Below are positions 36,998 to 48,329 of a stretch of DNA of 64,000 nt, piece after piece. Each line of letters begins with the position of its first letter. The first letter of the stretch is position 1. Location of the stretch: contig ML978133.1 in the NCBI GenBank assembly GCA_010015805.1, forward strand, positions 124,001 to 188,000, read 5' to 3'. The notes below the pieces were generated by a model that was not told the DNA's origin, ran no database searches, and saw only the letters and a program-made list of their open reading frames with translations. A program made the translations under genes and the position numbers. Source of the stretch: Rhizodiscina lignyota. Lineage: Eukaryota.

Positions 36998-38177
36998 ATG
37001 GCTTCGGATAAGCCTCTACCCTTCATATACCAGTTCGCGGCCGGTGAGTACATCAATTGGCGACAGGAGGAGCTCTCAAGCTGACAACTGCAGGTGCCGT
37101 GGCTGGTGTTTCCGAAGTGAGATATTCTGGCCTACGCTACTCATGTTGACAGTCGCTGATTGCAATAACATCTGTAGATTCTTGTCATGTAAGAAATCGC
37201 AATCTATATTTTCATCTGCAATTACTGATCAAATCCATAGGTACCCCTTAGATGTCGTGAAAACTAGAGTGTGAGTGGAAGAAGCAATTCGCAGCCAATG
37301 CCAAACGAAGAAGCTTATGCTCCGCCAGGCAACTGCAAACAGGCAAAGGCGTGGGAGAGGATTCATACACTGGCATGGTAGATTGCTTCCGGAAGATTAT
37401 TCGGAACGAAGGCTTCTCAAGGTTGTATCGTGGCATATCGGCGCCAATCCTCATGGAAGCGCCCAAGAGGTACGTCTTCAGCCATCAAACAACGATGCTT
37501 GTATACGGGTCTAACGCACATGTGGTAGGGCAACCAAGTTCGCGGCAAACGATGAATGGGGCAAAGTCTACCGCAATCTGTTCGGTGTCCCCAAAATGAC
37601 CCAATCCCTCTCCATCCTCACGGGTGCTACCGCCGGTGCCACCGAAGCCTTCGTCGTCGTCCCCTTCGAGCTCGTCAAGATCCGAATGCAAGACAAAGCG
37701 CAAGCGCACAAGTATAAGAGTGGAATCGATTGCCTGCAGCAGGTTATTCGCCAGGAAGGTGTGCTGGCGATGTACCAAGGACTTGAAAGTACAATCTGGA
37801 GACACGTATTGTGGAACTCAGGTTATTTTGGCTGCATATTCCAGGTCAAGAGCTTGATGCCTGTGGCTACCGATAGGTCTCAGAGGGTCCGAAATGATTT
37901 GATCTCAGGTGCAATTGGTGGCACTGTAGGTACGATCCTTAACACGCCAATGGACGTCGTCAAGTCGCGCATACAGAACTCGCCGAGGGTGGCCGGCGGT
38001 GTACCGAAGTACGGCTGGGCATGGCCTGCGCTTGGTATAGTGCTGAGGGAAGAAGGTTTCGGAGCTCTGTACAAGGGTTTCTTGCCAAAAGTTCTGCGTC
38101 TCGGACCGGGCGGTGGTATTCTGCTTGTGGTCTTCACCGGTGTCATGGACTTCTTCAGAAAATGGAAGGGCGACTAG
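36998..38177 (+). CDS. Mitochondrial 2-oxodicarboxylate carrier (ODC1/ODC2-like), multi-exon
   Basis: MASDKPLPFIYQFAAG, YPLDVVKTR, LYRGISAPILMEAPKR, PFELVKIR, PMDVVKSR, LYKGFLPKVLRLGPGGG. Confidence 0.95.
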
Positions 38178-38743
38178 ATTTGGGATTGGGTGAGCTTGTA
38201 GGTTACACATCGAGTCATAGACTGCCTTTGTATAGCATTCGGCGAATACCTCAGTGGCTTTTGCAACAAAAAGCAGAATGGATTGTGTTCACAAACTTTC
38301 GTCTCATCATTCAACATATTCATATCTTGTTTCAGAGACAATTCTCTGCGATTGACCGAACTCAGACGACGCTACTGCGTAGCACGAATTAGAAGACAAT
38401 GCTCATTTGGAGCACAGTTACTAACAGAACAACCGGATGTGGTGTTGATGCACCAATACCATTGCAGTCTTTGGGAAACTGTCATATTGCGTTAAATTTG
38501 ATGGCCCCGCTCATGCGGCATGGCACACATACAGGTACGTCTAGAAGCCTCAATAAGTCCAGTATCATCCCAGGCAATCTCACACGAGCACATTGAAAAG
38601 AGGCACTATAACAGCTACTATCCTCCTGTGGCTTTTCGCAAACGAATCATCAGCACGCATTGGAACTGGGTACTTTAAACCCTTCATTCATTTTATTGGG
38701 TGATTGCAATGCACATGATATACTATTTGAACACATCCAGGTC

Positions 38744-40532
38744 TCATGCAAGCTTCATCGTCGCGTACCCACTCTGTGCTACGTCCCGACATCTTTGTCT
38801 ATACTCTGGCGCCGTGCCGTTGTATCTCGCAACAATTCGCTTCTGCTTTCCTGGTACATTCTTATTGACACCAGTCTAATGCGCATGTCAGTGTATTATT
38901 ATTAGGTAATGTTTGTGGGCCTCTTACCATCCAGCTGTCGACCTCTTGACTGAGCAACCCCTTTGAACAATCGTGGAGATGCGCTGTCCATTGCTCAGCA
39001 CCTTCGGGCTTCGCTTCAATCCAGGTTTTGCCATGCGATTCAAGATACTCTATGCAATCTGCAACCCAATCGACTCCGAATTCGATACTTCGGGGGAAGT
39101 TGCCGAAACAGCTATGTGGACCCTGTTCATTTATTAGCGTATTGAACATGCATCTCTGATCAAATCTCCCCATACCATTATCATAAGGAGGTTAGGGAAC
39201 TGTGGAACAGTAATGCCAAGATAAGTTTTGGGTCCCCCGCTCCATGCGTCCTTCAATTTAATTCCATTGATACCTCTAATATCGAGGACATCGTATGCTC
39301 CAGTTACCTAGATTGTGTGGAGCAAATTAGCACAGCCCTGGAATTCAAGTTTGCACCACAAGATCACTTACCATGTCGAAGCCGGTAGCATAGATGAGCA
39401 TGTCGAACTCGAAATCTTCAGCAGAAGTTTTCAGGCCTTTGCTCGTAATTTTCTCAATCGGAGTTTCGTTGATATCAACTAAGCGAACATTCGGCTGATT
39501 GAAGGCTTCGTAATAATTCGTTTCCATCGGGACTCTCCTCGTTCCAAAGCCGTGGTGCTTCGGAATCAATTTCTCTGCTGTCGCCGGGTCATGGACTCGC
39601 TGTCTTATTTTGTTCGCCACGAAGTCGCTGACTAGCTTATTTGCTTCTCTGTCCCGCCCCATATCCCGAAAATTGCTCAACCAAAGCCCAAATCCTGGCT
39701 GTCCATATAGATGCTCCCACAGTGCCTCACGCTCTTCCTGGGTCACTTCCCACGTCCCCCGCGGCTCGGCTGGATGAATAAAATTCATGTTCGTCTCCGA
39801 GCACAGCTTGAAAAGCTCCTTGTAACCTTGCCTTATCTTTTCCATCTCTTCCTTTGAGATCTTCCCGTTATGCAGCGGAATCGCCCAATTTGGCGTTCGT
39901 TGGAATACTGTCAGATGCCCGACAGTTTTGGCTATCTCTGGAATGGCTTGGATGCTGGTCGCTCCGGTCCCAATGATGCCAACTCTTTTGCCTTCAAAGC
40001 TGACACTCTCTTTCGGCCAGCGGCCAGTGTGGTATGCAACCCCCTTGTAGTCGTCGACACCAGGTATATTCGGTAGCGTTGGTGTACTCAAAATACCCAT
40101 AGCTGTCACGAGAAAGCGGCACGTGAAGAATTCACCACCTTCAGTGCCGACTTTCCAAGTCCTGCTCTCTTCCTGGAAATGTGCACTACGCACCCGTGTG
40201 TGGAACTGCATATCCTTTCTCAAATCAAATTTGTCACAAATGAAGTTGGCATACGCCTCTGTCTCGCGCGCTGGTGCAAAGTGCTCGGTCCAATCCCATT
40301 GGTCCAGGAGCTCCTGGCTCCAGGAAAAGCTGTATGAGTAACTTTCTGAGTCGAAACGGGCTCCTGGGTAACGATTCCAGTACCAAGTGCCACCAACTCC
40401 GGAGCCAGCCTCCAGCAGTTTGACGCGGAGGTTCAGTTTGCGGAGCTTGTAAAGGGAGTAGATACCCGACAAGCCTCCACCAATGATTAGAGCATCCCAA
40501 TCAGGCTGGGAAGCATCGCCGAGGGAACCCAT
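38744..40532 (-). CDS. Type I Baeyer-Villiger monooxygenase (cyclohexanone/phenylacetone monooxygenase family), 3 introns
   Basis: GGGLSG, GGTWYWNRYPGARFDSE, fingerprint YKGVAYHTGRWP, GTGATSIQ, FQRTPNW, ATGFD, FPNL, DSWM.GVNKNVPGK. Confidence 0.95.
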
Positions 40533-41339
40533 GATGTACTATGAAGTGAATAAAATTAAAAGAATACACGTTGTATGGTATCAAGTCAAAGATTGAACAA
40601 AGCGTCCGCAAATGCGTTGACAAAATGTAGTGATACAGGAGGTGGGGAAAGATTGTGGTCTTATCCTATCGGAGCTCCTTTCAACCTCAGCTCAGCAGCA
40701 AAGGATAACCGATATGGTTCAAGAAGCGGATACATATCTTCCATAATGATGCAATCACAACAATACGAAGCTGTACAAAGGTACTCTCTAAAGTGGAGTA
40801 AAGTCAACTAAGAGGTGGATTACCGAGGACGGCCGACACGGGTATCTCGGAAGGCCCGTGGTTCCTGGAGTCAGGAGACGTTCATTGGCTTTCATTCGGG
40901 CCGATGGAGAACTCATCGATGTCGTTTTAAAGCTGGTTTCAGTTCAACATCAAAGTTCATGAGCGGAAAAGGCCAGCTTACTAAAAGGGTATAAGGGTAG
41001 TAAGTGGAGACTTGCGGATCGACACCAAAATTTCCGACCGGGGCCAGTCGTGTGCTCTGCCGCAACGGCACACGTGCACCAAACGCCTTCGGCGTAACAG
41101 ATCAAGTGCTCTCTATTCTTCCCTTTGTATAGTTGTTTCACCAACATGTCCACGCGAGCTCTCTACGGCTTCTCTCACCTCCCTTTTGCTGCTCAGACAC
41201 TTGGCAGAGTGGCGCAGTTACCAACCAGTGTTCATCGACCACATTGCAGTGTGGCAGTGTAGGTTCAGCTGAAACCTTTATATTCAATCTCAACCGCCCA
41301 CTCTCTGTCGAAACATTTTGTAATCTAGTTACTGTCTTC

Positions 41340-42443
41340 ATGGCTGAAGTGATTGGCGCTATAGCCAGTGGTATTACTCTCGCTACCCTATTCAAATCAT
41401 GCCTTGATGCGTTTGACCTCTTCCAGACCGGCAGGAATATTGATACAGATCTTAAACGCCTCGTCGTCCGGCTGAATATCGAAAAATGTCGACTGTATAC
41501 CTGGGGAGAGGCGATGGGCCTCATAGTGACACCACCAACTGGACAAGTACGACTACCCGATTCCTCACCACATCAGGACTTAGTCAAAGAAGCTTTGGAG
41601 GAGATACTACAACTATTGAGCGACTCCTCCAAAATAAAGTCTCGTTACGGTTGCGAAACTGTTCTCGTCAGTTCTAAAGATGACGAGGTTGGTCCAGTCG
41701 TAGACTTGGCTGCCTCGTTCGCACGGTTTACTGTCTCTGGCCAGTCTCAACAGTCCTCCACTAAAAGACTGGTAGCAAAGACACGATGGGCAATATCAGA
41801 CCGTAAAAAGTTCGCCGAACTCATTATCGAAGTTAGATCGTTTGTCGATGGGTTACAAGAGATTACAAAATCCATTTTCACGGTGGCCAGACAAGAAGGC
41901 ATGTTGAGATTTGGCATTCAGCAAATTACCAGCTTGGACACGCTTGAAATTGTCGCGGAAGCGTGTGAGGCAGATTATCCTGACATTTCCGACGCTGCTT
42001 CCGTCAAGATTGACGTCCTAACTATCGCGACCGGTAGAAGACGTGAAATCGAAGGATGGGTTGACGATGTGGACGATGAGGATGAAACCACCGTCTCTTC
42101 TCAGGCACACGACGAGGCTGGTGTTGAAAATACTCTTGTTAATCCCAATGGATTTCCCTCACTACCATCAATGTTATCACCAGAGACGGAACTGGAGTTA
42201 TCTCGAGAAGCTCAGCGCATGGCGACAGAGCTAGAAAGGGCACGAGAGGAAAGCGCCAAAGCAGAGCGTGACCGTGCCAAAGCTGAACGTAACAGGAAGA
42301 ATATGGAGGAGGAGCTAGAAGCACTGACTGCTAGTCTATTTGAAGAAGCTAATACTATGGTTGCTGCCGCTCGGAAAGAGAAGGAGGATTTGGAAGTGCG
42401 ATATGAGCAACTCGCGAAAAACTTCGAAGGAATTACGGAGTAA
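41340..42443 (+). CDS. HeLo (prion-inhibition and propagation) domain protein with C-terminal Sec2-like coiled coil
   Basis: MAEVIGAIASGITLATLFKSCLDAFDLFQTGR...RLNIEKCRLYTWGEAMGL and KTRWAISDRKKFAELI..V..FVDGL resemble HET-S HeLo; C-terminal ELEALTASLFEEANTMVAAARKEK resembles the Sec2 GEF core. Confidence 0.88.
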   Translation: MAEVIGAIASGITLATLFKSCLDAFDLFQTGRNIDTDLKRLVVRLNIEKCRLYTWGEAMGLIVTPPTGQVRLPDSSPHQDLVKEALEEILQLLSDSSKIKSRYGCETVLVSSKDDEVGPVVDLAASFARFTVSGQSQQSSTKRLVAKTRWAISDRKKFAELIIEVRSFVDGLQEITKSIFTVARQEGMLRFGIQQITSLDTLEIVAEACEADYPDISDAASVKIDVLTIATGRRREIEGWVDDVDDEDETTVSSQAHDEAGVENTLVNPNGFPSLPSMLSPETELELSREAQRMATELERAREESAKAERDRAKAERNRKNMEEELEALTASLFEEANTMVAAARKEKEDLEVRYEQLAKNFEGITE

Positions 42444-43310
42444 ATAATGTTCGTTATTCCCTCTATCAATGAAGTCTTACTCCAAGTTCATATCGTACAG
42501 ATAAGATGGGTGACATGCTCATTTCAGTGCCATGATGCCTACGCTAGATTAGGGCATTGTAGGACAGAATCTGTTTCAGGCTCTGGAACACCTGTGGATA
42601 TACACCGCTAGAGAGACGGGATAATGAGAGAAAGTCAGCAACAAAGCCCATTTCCTATCAAGCCTGAGTTTGCCCTGAACAAGTATGAGTACTAACCACA
42701 TTCTCTTCAACTGGTCCTTTACCGCTCGTGATAGCCATTTTCATCGTATTGACCAGGATCGGATGGTGGAGGTTACAGAGGTACCCAACTGGTGTGGCGC
42801 CGAGCGTGCCCTGGGCTTCGCCTAATTTCGGTACGGCCAACCGGAAATTGGGTACGTCTGTGCCCCGCCTGGACGCGAGTCGTAACATTTCGCCCTCACA
42901 GTCAACTTCCACGATCTTTTAAATTTATGCCCCTTGCATGCTCTAGCCATTTCGATCTCAGAGCTTGTGTCATCCAAGATGGACTTTCACGGCTCCACCT
43001 CTCCAATCACAAGATGATGGATGGCGTCTGCCTTGTCATGGTTTTTTCTGTCCTGTGCCGCTGGTGCCTACGTTGGCGTGGCGTTAGGCAGTCACCGAGA
43101 TGTACCCTACACGATATATTTCTATCCCGAGACTCGCCTGACTGACTTTGAAGGTGAAGGGGTTTCAATTTGGGATATCATTCATGCTAGTATGAGCGAT
43201 AAGTTGCTTTAGTAATGCTTCTCTAAAGTGTGTTTTACATCGCAATCTTTCGCAGAACACGGACAACACAGCAGCTTAAAAGATACAGAAGCCAGCAGCA
43301 TTACTGCATT

Positions 43311-44618
43311 ATGAGGGGAGCGGTACAGCAGAACTCGCGAAGAAGCCTCCGGTCCAACGGTCGTCTAGGAGTCCGGAAAGCAGTGAGTAAGATTGGTCCG
43401 CAAAACCACCAACTACGGAGAAGCTCCTTACAGCATGTCAAGAGCTCTGGGCAAAGCACGGCGGCCTCTCGCTTGAAATGCCTCGTGCATTCCCTTCTCC
43501 AACAATATCACGATCAGACTGCCATTGATGTTAATCGAAATACTCCGCTATTCAGTCTACCCGTCGAGCTTATCCACGAGGTAGCGGGGCACTTGTCCCC
43601 GGAGGCTGCTATATGTCTTACTTTGACATGCAGATATAGTCTCGATATTCTAAGGACTTCTTCGTGGGCCGAGCCAAGCATCAAGAAATGTCGATACATC
43701 TCTGAAGGAACTGGTATAGAGCACCGCCAGGTTTTGCTGTTGCTCCTCGAGCGCGATACGGCAGAGTTGGCATACTGTCCTCGATGTAACACGCTACATC
43801 CGTCGCTCAAAGCACCAAGAGAACACAGACAAACCAAGTTAACTAAGAGTTGCCTTGGCCAGGATGCTGTCATCGACTACTTGTCGCAAGGGAGTTCAGA
43901 CGGTTACAGTCTGGTCTTCCCACATATCGAAAAGGCACTGAAGTCATACCCGGAGGATGATGTCGTACCTGAGATCTTAGGCCCACCGATCGAATTGCTT
44001 GCCGGCAGATTCACTATTCAGCACGATCGCATCAGCTACACTTTGGCTTCTTCTGCAAGGCGTGTCGGACGAAATATCATCATCAACCATGAGCACATTC
44101 TCAGGGCCACTACATCGAAGTCTCGGCTTCGAGCAAGCGATGTGCTTTCATTGCCGTTGCGCCTCTGCCCACATCAGACCACTGCAACTTCGCCTCCACC
44201 ACCATCCCGCTACACTCCCCCGCTCCGTCTCAATGGACCACTGCTCACGCATGCCATTGTAGCAGCCCTTCCGGTTACCTCGAAGGCGGGAGTGCTTGAG
44301 TCCAATACGTTTCGCGTCCCAACACCCCTCGAACGCGAGCAGATGACCGCCGCAGATGCTGGAGGCGATGTTTTGTGGCGATGCCGGAACTGCCCCACGA
44401 AATTCCGTGTGCAGTATCGGAACACGGATGGGCCAAGCTCAGACAATGGAGAGTTAATTATCACAACTTGGCATTGCTTTGGGCACGACATGTATACTGC
44501 CCAAAAGTATTGGAAAATGCTTGTTAGACGTGAGGGTGGGCTCCTTGGACGCAGCACGCGCAATAGCGAGTTCTGGAGCTCTCCCGTTCGTAGCATCCCG
44601 GACTTTCGGTGCGAGTAA
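43311..44618 (+). CDS. F-box-like protein, single long ORF; start codon uncertain
   Basis: LFSLPVELIHEVAGHLSPEAAICLTLTCR (F-box-like); LLERD..YCPRCNTLH; LRLCPH; CRNCPTKF; ITTWHCFG, typical of expanded fungal F-box families. Confidence 0.75.
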   Translation: MRGAVQQNSRRSLRSNGRLGVRKAVSKIGPQNHQLRRSSLQHVKSSGQSTAASRLKCLVHSLLQQYHDQTAIDVNRNTPLFSLPVELIHEVAGHLSPEAAICLTLTCRYSLDILRTSSWAEPSIKKCRYISEGTGIEHRQVLLLLLERDTAELAYCPRCNTLHPSLKAPREHRQTKLTKSCLGQDAVIDYLSQGSSDGYSLVFPHIEKALKSYPEDDVVPEILGPPIELLAGRFTIQHDRISYTLASSARRVGRNIIINHEHILRATTSKSRLRASDVLSLPLRLCPHQTTATSPPPPSRYTPPLRLNGPLLTHAIVAALPVTSKAGVLESNTFRVPTPLEREQMTAADAGGDVLWRCRNCPTKFRVQYRNTDGPSSDNGELIITTWHCFGHDMYTAQKYWKMLVRREGGLLGRSTRNSEFWSSPVRSIPDFRCE

Positions 44619-44706
44619 TAAAGCAGCTAATATGCAATATCCAGTATGAGGCATCTTTTCATTTGTCATCCCAGTATTCGTTATTCTGACCTCCGCAATA
44701 GAATGT

Positions 44707-45672
44707 CTACATGTAACTGACAAAAAAAGCTCCAAGCGCTATCCCGATTATGCCTACGTGTATGATTGATTGCACGTTGGCGCTCGCTACAGATGTTGAT
44801 GTTGTCGTCGACGATGAAGTGGTGGGCACGCCGAAACTTGGAGTAGCCTCTGCGGTTGCAGGCGCTTCAGTTATCGGACCAGTCGTTCGACTCGTTGTAC
44901 TCGCTGTCGTCGTCTGCTACCGCTCCGTTCAGCATCCGGAGAAGCACAATTCAGGAGAGGCCCACTTACTGTCGGAAGGAGTGTCTCAGCACCGGCGCAA
45001 TTATTATATTCCCACAAGTCTGTTATCTCCGCTGACTCGCCTGCGCATGTTTTCATTCCGTCGTAAAAGCACACTGATGCAAATGAGATAATTGACGGCT
45101 GGCAGCTGCAACTTGTCAGGTCAGCGGCCCTAGTGAACGAGCTCCTGCAGACTTCTGCTTCTGAGCTCCAGCGATTGCAGCCTGATTCTATTGAGAGACA
45201 TGCGGGCACGTTAGCAGTGGTAATAGCGGCAGTCGCTACCGTTGTTGTCGTCGTCACTGGGTTCTGAAGCTTATTATCACAAGCTTGATGCCAGCTGCTG
45301 ATGTCGTCGTCAAGTTGAGCGTCAAAGTTGGTCGAACGAGTGCATTCACGAATCTCTTGACGGCAGCTTTAGCACCAACGTTAGAAACTCTTGTTGAGTG
45401 CAGTGGAAGGGCCTCAGTTCGGATATGATTACTCACTCAATATACAGCGTGAACATATCCTGTGTACAGACACAGTCAATCAACGCTGTTTGATCATCAG
45501 GACTGATCTCGCCACACTTGGTTGATCTCTCGTTCATCTGGTCGCAGTTAAAAAGCTGATCGCGCGCATCAACGCATACGATCCCAGACAGGTCAATATC
45601 CGCAGCCACATTGCCCATCAAACACACGAGCACCAAGAGGAATGAGATGATCATTGTGCCTGTCAATTCCAT
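44707..45672 (-). CDS. Secreted Cys-rich, Ser/Thr-rich protein with probable GPI signal (2 introns)
   Basis: Signal peptide MIISFLLVLVCLMGNVAA; two Cys-rich blocks (CVC..., CSC...); Thr/Ser tail; hydrophobic end IIHVGIIGIALGAFFVSYM*. Donors GTGAGT (~45436) and GTAAGT (~44969). Confidence 0.75.
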
Positions 45673-46296
45673 GATGAAATGAAAAAAACACAAACAATAC
45701 TCGCGATGCCATTACCATGCGATTCAGTTCAAGGCGCCCGCCTTATATATTATGTGGAGACGCTCATTGTATCCCCTCACGATTTCTGCCTCGTCCTCCT
45801 CCATCTTGCCAAGCTGATTCATTCTTAGCGGCGGAAATTCCCATCTGCTTCTTTGGAATCAAAAGCAGCCTGGAACGGATGATGATTGTCGTATGGATCG
45901 TTTGCGGGGCACTGGTGAAAGTTTGGTCGCCAGGTCGTTGGGCTATGTTCGCTTCTAAACTTGGCATGCAGCGAAATGGCGTTCTTTGCCCTCGTTTGGC
46001 TCTCTTTCTTTCTGAGGCTGGAATCAGCTCTGAGCAAGCACTCAATCCTATCCAACAGCTGTATTGGCATGCGTGCTCCGCGATAGATGCCAAGGACATA
46101 TCAAGGCGCTATGATAGAAAGCAACTCTCGGCATCATAGCCCTTTCACATGAACAGACCTCTCGAATCACTCAGCCTTGTGGCTTGGAAGGCAAAACAAT
46201 GTTAAGGGTGTCAAAATTCAACGTAAGGTTAATTTACTTTCATCTTTCGGTTTTCCACGGTCGTTTGCACTGGTAGCATTGGTCTTCCGCGTCAGA

Positions 46297-48069
46297 ATGA
46301 ATTCTCGTTATCAGTACAAAACAGTGCGACAGCGAGCGAAAGGGTGGATATCCAAAGCTCTTCACCCGGCTACTCTGTCTCTGTATCTCTTTCTTGCCTC
46401 AGCATTGGCTGTGACGGCCATCATTCTCACAGTTCTGTCATCACGTCATGCAGGTTTCATATTAGTTGAAGGAGAAGAATTCACTGCACTTGGATCTTCC
46501 TGGGACCTCGCACTCCTCTGGACCTCGTTGCCAAATTTGGTATTCGCTATAATGGCGTCCTACTGGGGTGTCATAGCGGCAGCAGTTGCAGATCGCGAGC
46601 CATTCGTCGAACTGTCTAAGCCGCATCCAAGTGGCGGAGTTCATCGGAAGAAATCAATCATGCTCGACTATCGCGTCAAGATGCAGCTCTCGAAATGGGT
46701 AGTTGCTTTTCGAAATGGGCACTTCGTAGTCGGCCTGGCGTCTCTTCTGGTATTGGTCAACACGTTACTCATCGTGCCTCTTTCCGCACATCTCATCACT
46801 CCACGAACTGTGCTATTCAACTCTTCAGCGATCTTGGCTATGGATACTGCTTACAATGGAGAAGGCCTCAATTCTACTACAGACTGGAAGCCAGTGTTTG
46901 ACAAGGTCGCCGCTACGAAGCTCTACCGCGGTAGTCCGTATCCTTGGACCGATAACGAGTTTGCCTTCGCGTCTTTTTCAAGCCAACAAAAGAGCGATGC
47001 GGCAAATTTCACCGTCTCTACACAAGGCTACTCGGCATATTTGGATTGTCAGGAAGCCGAGGGCGTCACATCTTCCATCTCCGACAAAGGAACAAATCCC
47101 CTGCACGGAAAATTCTCCATTAGAGGTGTGGACCGCGGATGTTCTATTGCACAAGAATTTGATGTCTCAAACGCTTCGTCGATGTACCTCCAAACGACAT
47201 CGGAGGCGTCGTGCTCTGTTGCCGCCTTCGAAAGCCGATTGGTATTCACTGGTAGCATGTTCAATGAAAGTTCGGCCGACATGCTTGAGAACGTCACTTT
47301 CATATCTTGCATCCCAAGCTACGCTATTACACCGGGGTTGTTGAGATTCTCGCCCAAGGACCCAGAACATGTGTCGTTTCAGCCCACGGGCCAACCGAAT
47401 ATCACTCGGCATCTCTATTGGAGAGTGATTGAGCAAAATATATTCTCGTCGACCGCATTCAATCTCAATTCTCCTTGGATGACGACAGACTTTGGAAGCC
47501 TCATACTTTATCTCTCTCAGCAGTCGAATCCGAGCTCTTTTCTGTCAGCTCCAACCCTAAAAGACTCGATCAAAACAGTGTTCACTTCAGTGTATCTGAC
47601 CGCGACCGCTATGAATGCCTTTGAAAGAGATAGCAGCCCTGCCTCGACAGTTGCCATAGCGTCTGTCGATCAGACGCGACTGTTCATGGTTCGCTGGGTT
47701 AGCGGAGTAATCGACGCTTTTCTACTTCTTTGCATTATCTGTGCTGTTGCTGTCTGGTATCATGTCCATCGGAACTCAACTATTCTCACCGAGGAACCTG
47801 AAGGCCTTCTGTCGGCCGCCGATATTCTTCATAGAAGTAACCTGTTTGAGACCATCATCGAAGACACCCAGAGCTCGGAAGCATATGAGGGTAAGCTCAT
47901 CGAAGCTGTCAAAAACAGGGATGATTTCAACAGGCTCGAGTGCGTTTTAAGGCAGAAAAGCGGCTACATGCATCCGGTAGTTGATCTGGTGGGGTTCGGA
48001 CCGAAGCAACAGGTAGAAGAGAATCGGAATTTAGTATCTGGAGCAAGACAGGAAACTAGTGCCCAATGA
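46297..48069 (+). CDS. DUF3433-like membrane protein
   Basis: TM helices, WTSLP, EPFVELS, KSIMLDY, AFRNGHF..V, large N-glycosylated luminal region with SC.PSY, RLF before the last TM, EPEGLLSAA. Confidence 0.75.
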   Translation: MNSRYQYKTVRQRAKGWISKALHPATLSLYLFLASALAVTAIILTVLSSRHAGFILVEGEEFTALGSSWDLALLWTSLPNLVFAIMASYWGVIAAAVADREPFVELSKPHPSGGVHRKKSIMLDYRVKMQLSKWVVAFRNGHFVVGLASLLVLVNTLLIVPLSAHLITPRTVLFNSSAILAMDTAYNGEGLNSTTDWKPVFDKVAATKLYRGSPYPWTDNEFAFASFSSQQKSDAANFTVSTQGYSAYLDCQEAEGVTSSISDKGTNPLHGKFSIRGVDRGCSIAQEFDVSNASSMYLQTTSEASCSVAAFESRLVFTGSMFNESSADMLENVTFISCIPSYAITPGLLRFSPKDPEHVSFQPTGQPNITRHLYWRVIEQNIFSSTAFNLNSPWMTTDFGSLILYLSQQSNPSSFLSAPTLKDSIKTVFTSVYLTATAMNAFERDSSPASTVAIASVDQTRLFMVRWVSGVIDAFLLLCIICAVAVWYHVHRNSTILTEEPEGLLSAADILHRSNLFETIIEDTQSSEAYEGKLIEAVKNRDDFNRLECVLRQKSGYMHPVVDLVGFGPKQQVEENRNLVSGARQETSAQ

Positions 48070-48329
48070 TGGAAGCTGGATCTTTCTACTTTTGAAATTT
48101 GGTCTCATATTGACACCTTTAGTATGCGGGATGAGAGCGCCGTAGCTTTTCCTAAATTTTGTGGCGCAAAGAAGAGTATGGCAAGGTAGACAGCAGAGTT
48201 GTCATTCGAAATATGAGTAATGAAAAGGAGTCTAATATACAGAGTAGGTGTGGGTTTGAAGTATCTACATGCAAATGTCTTAAGAACTTTCATATCTCGT
48301 TCACCGTTGCTTGTATCGTCCAATCGATA

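Noticed and set aside
41340..42443. HET-s-like amyloid prion-forming domain after HeLo
   Set aside because: No paired N/G/Q pseudo-repeats seen; the C-terminus is a charged coiled coil, and no NLR gene is in the window.
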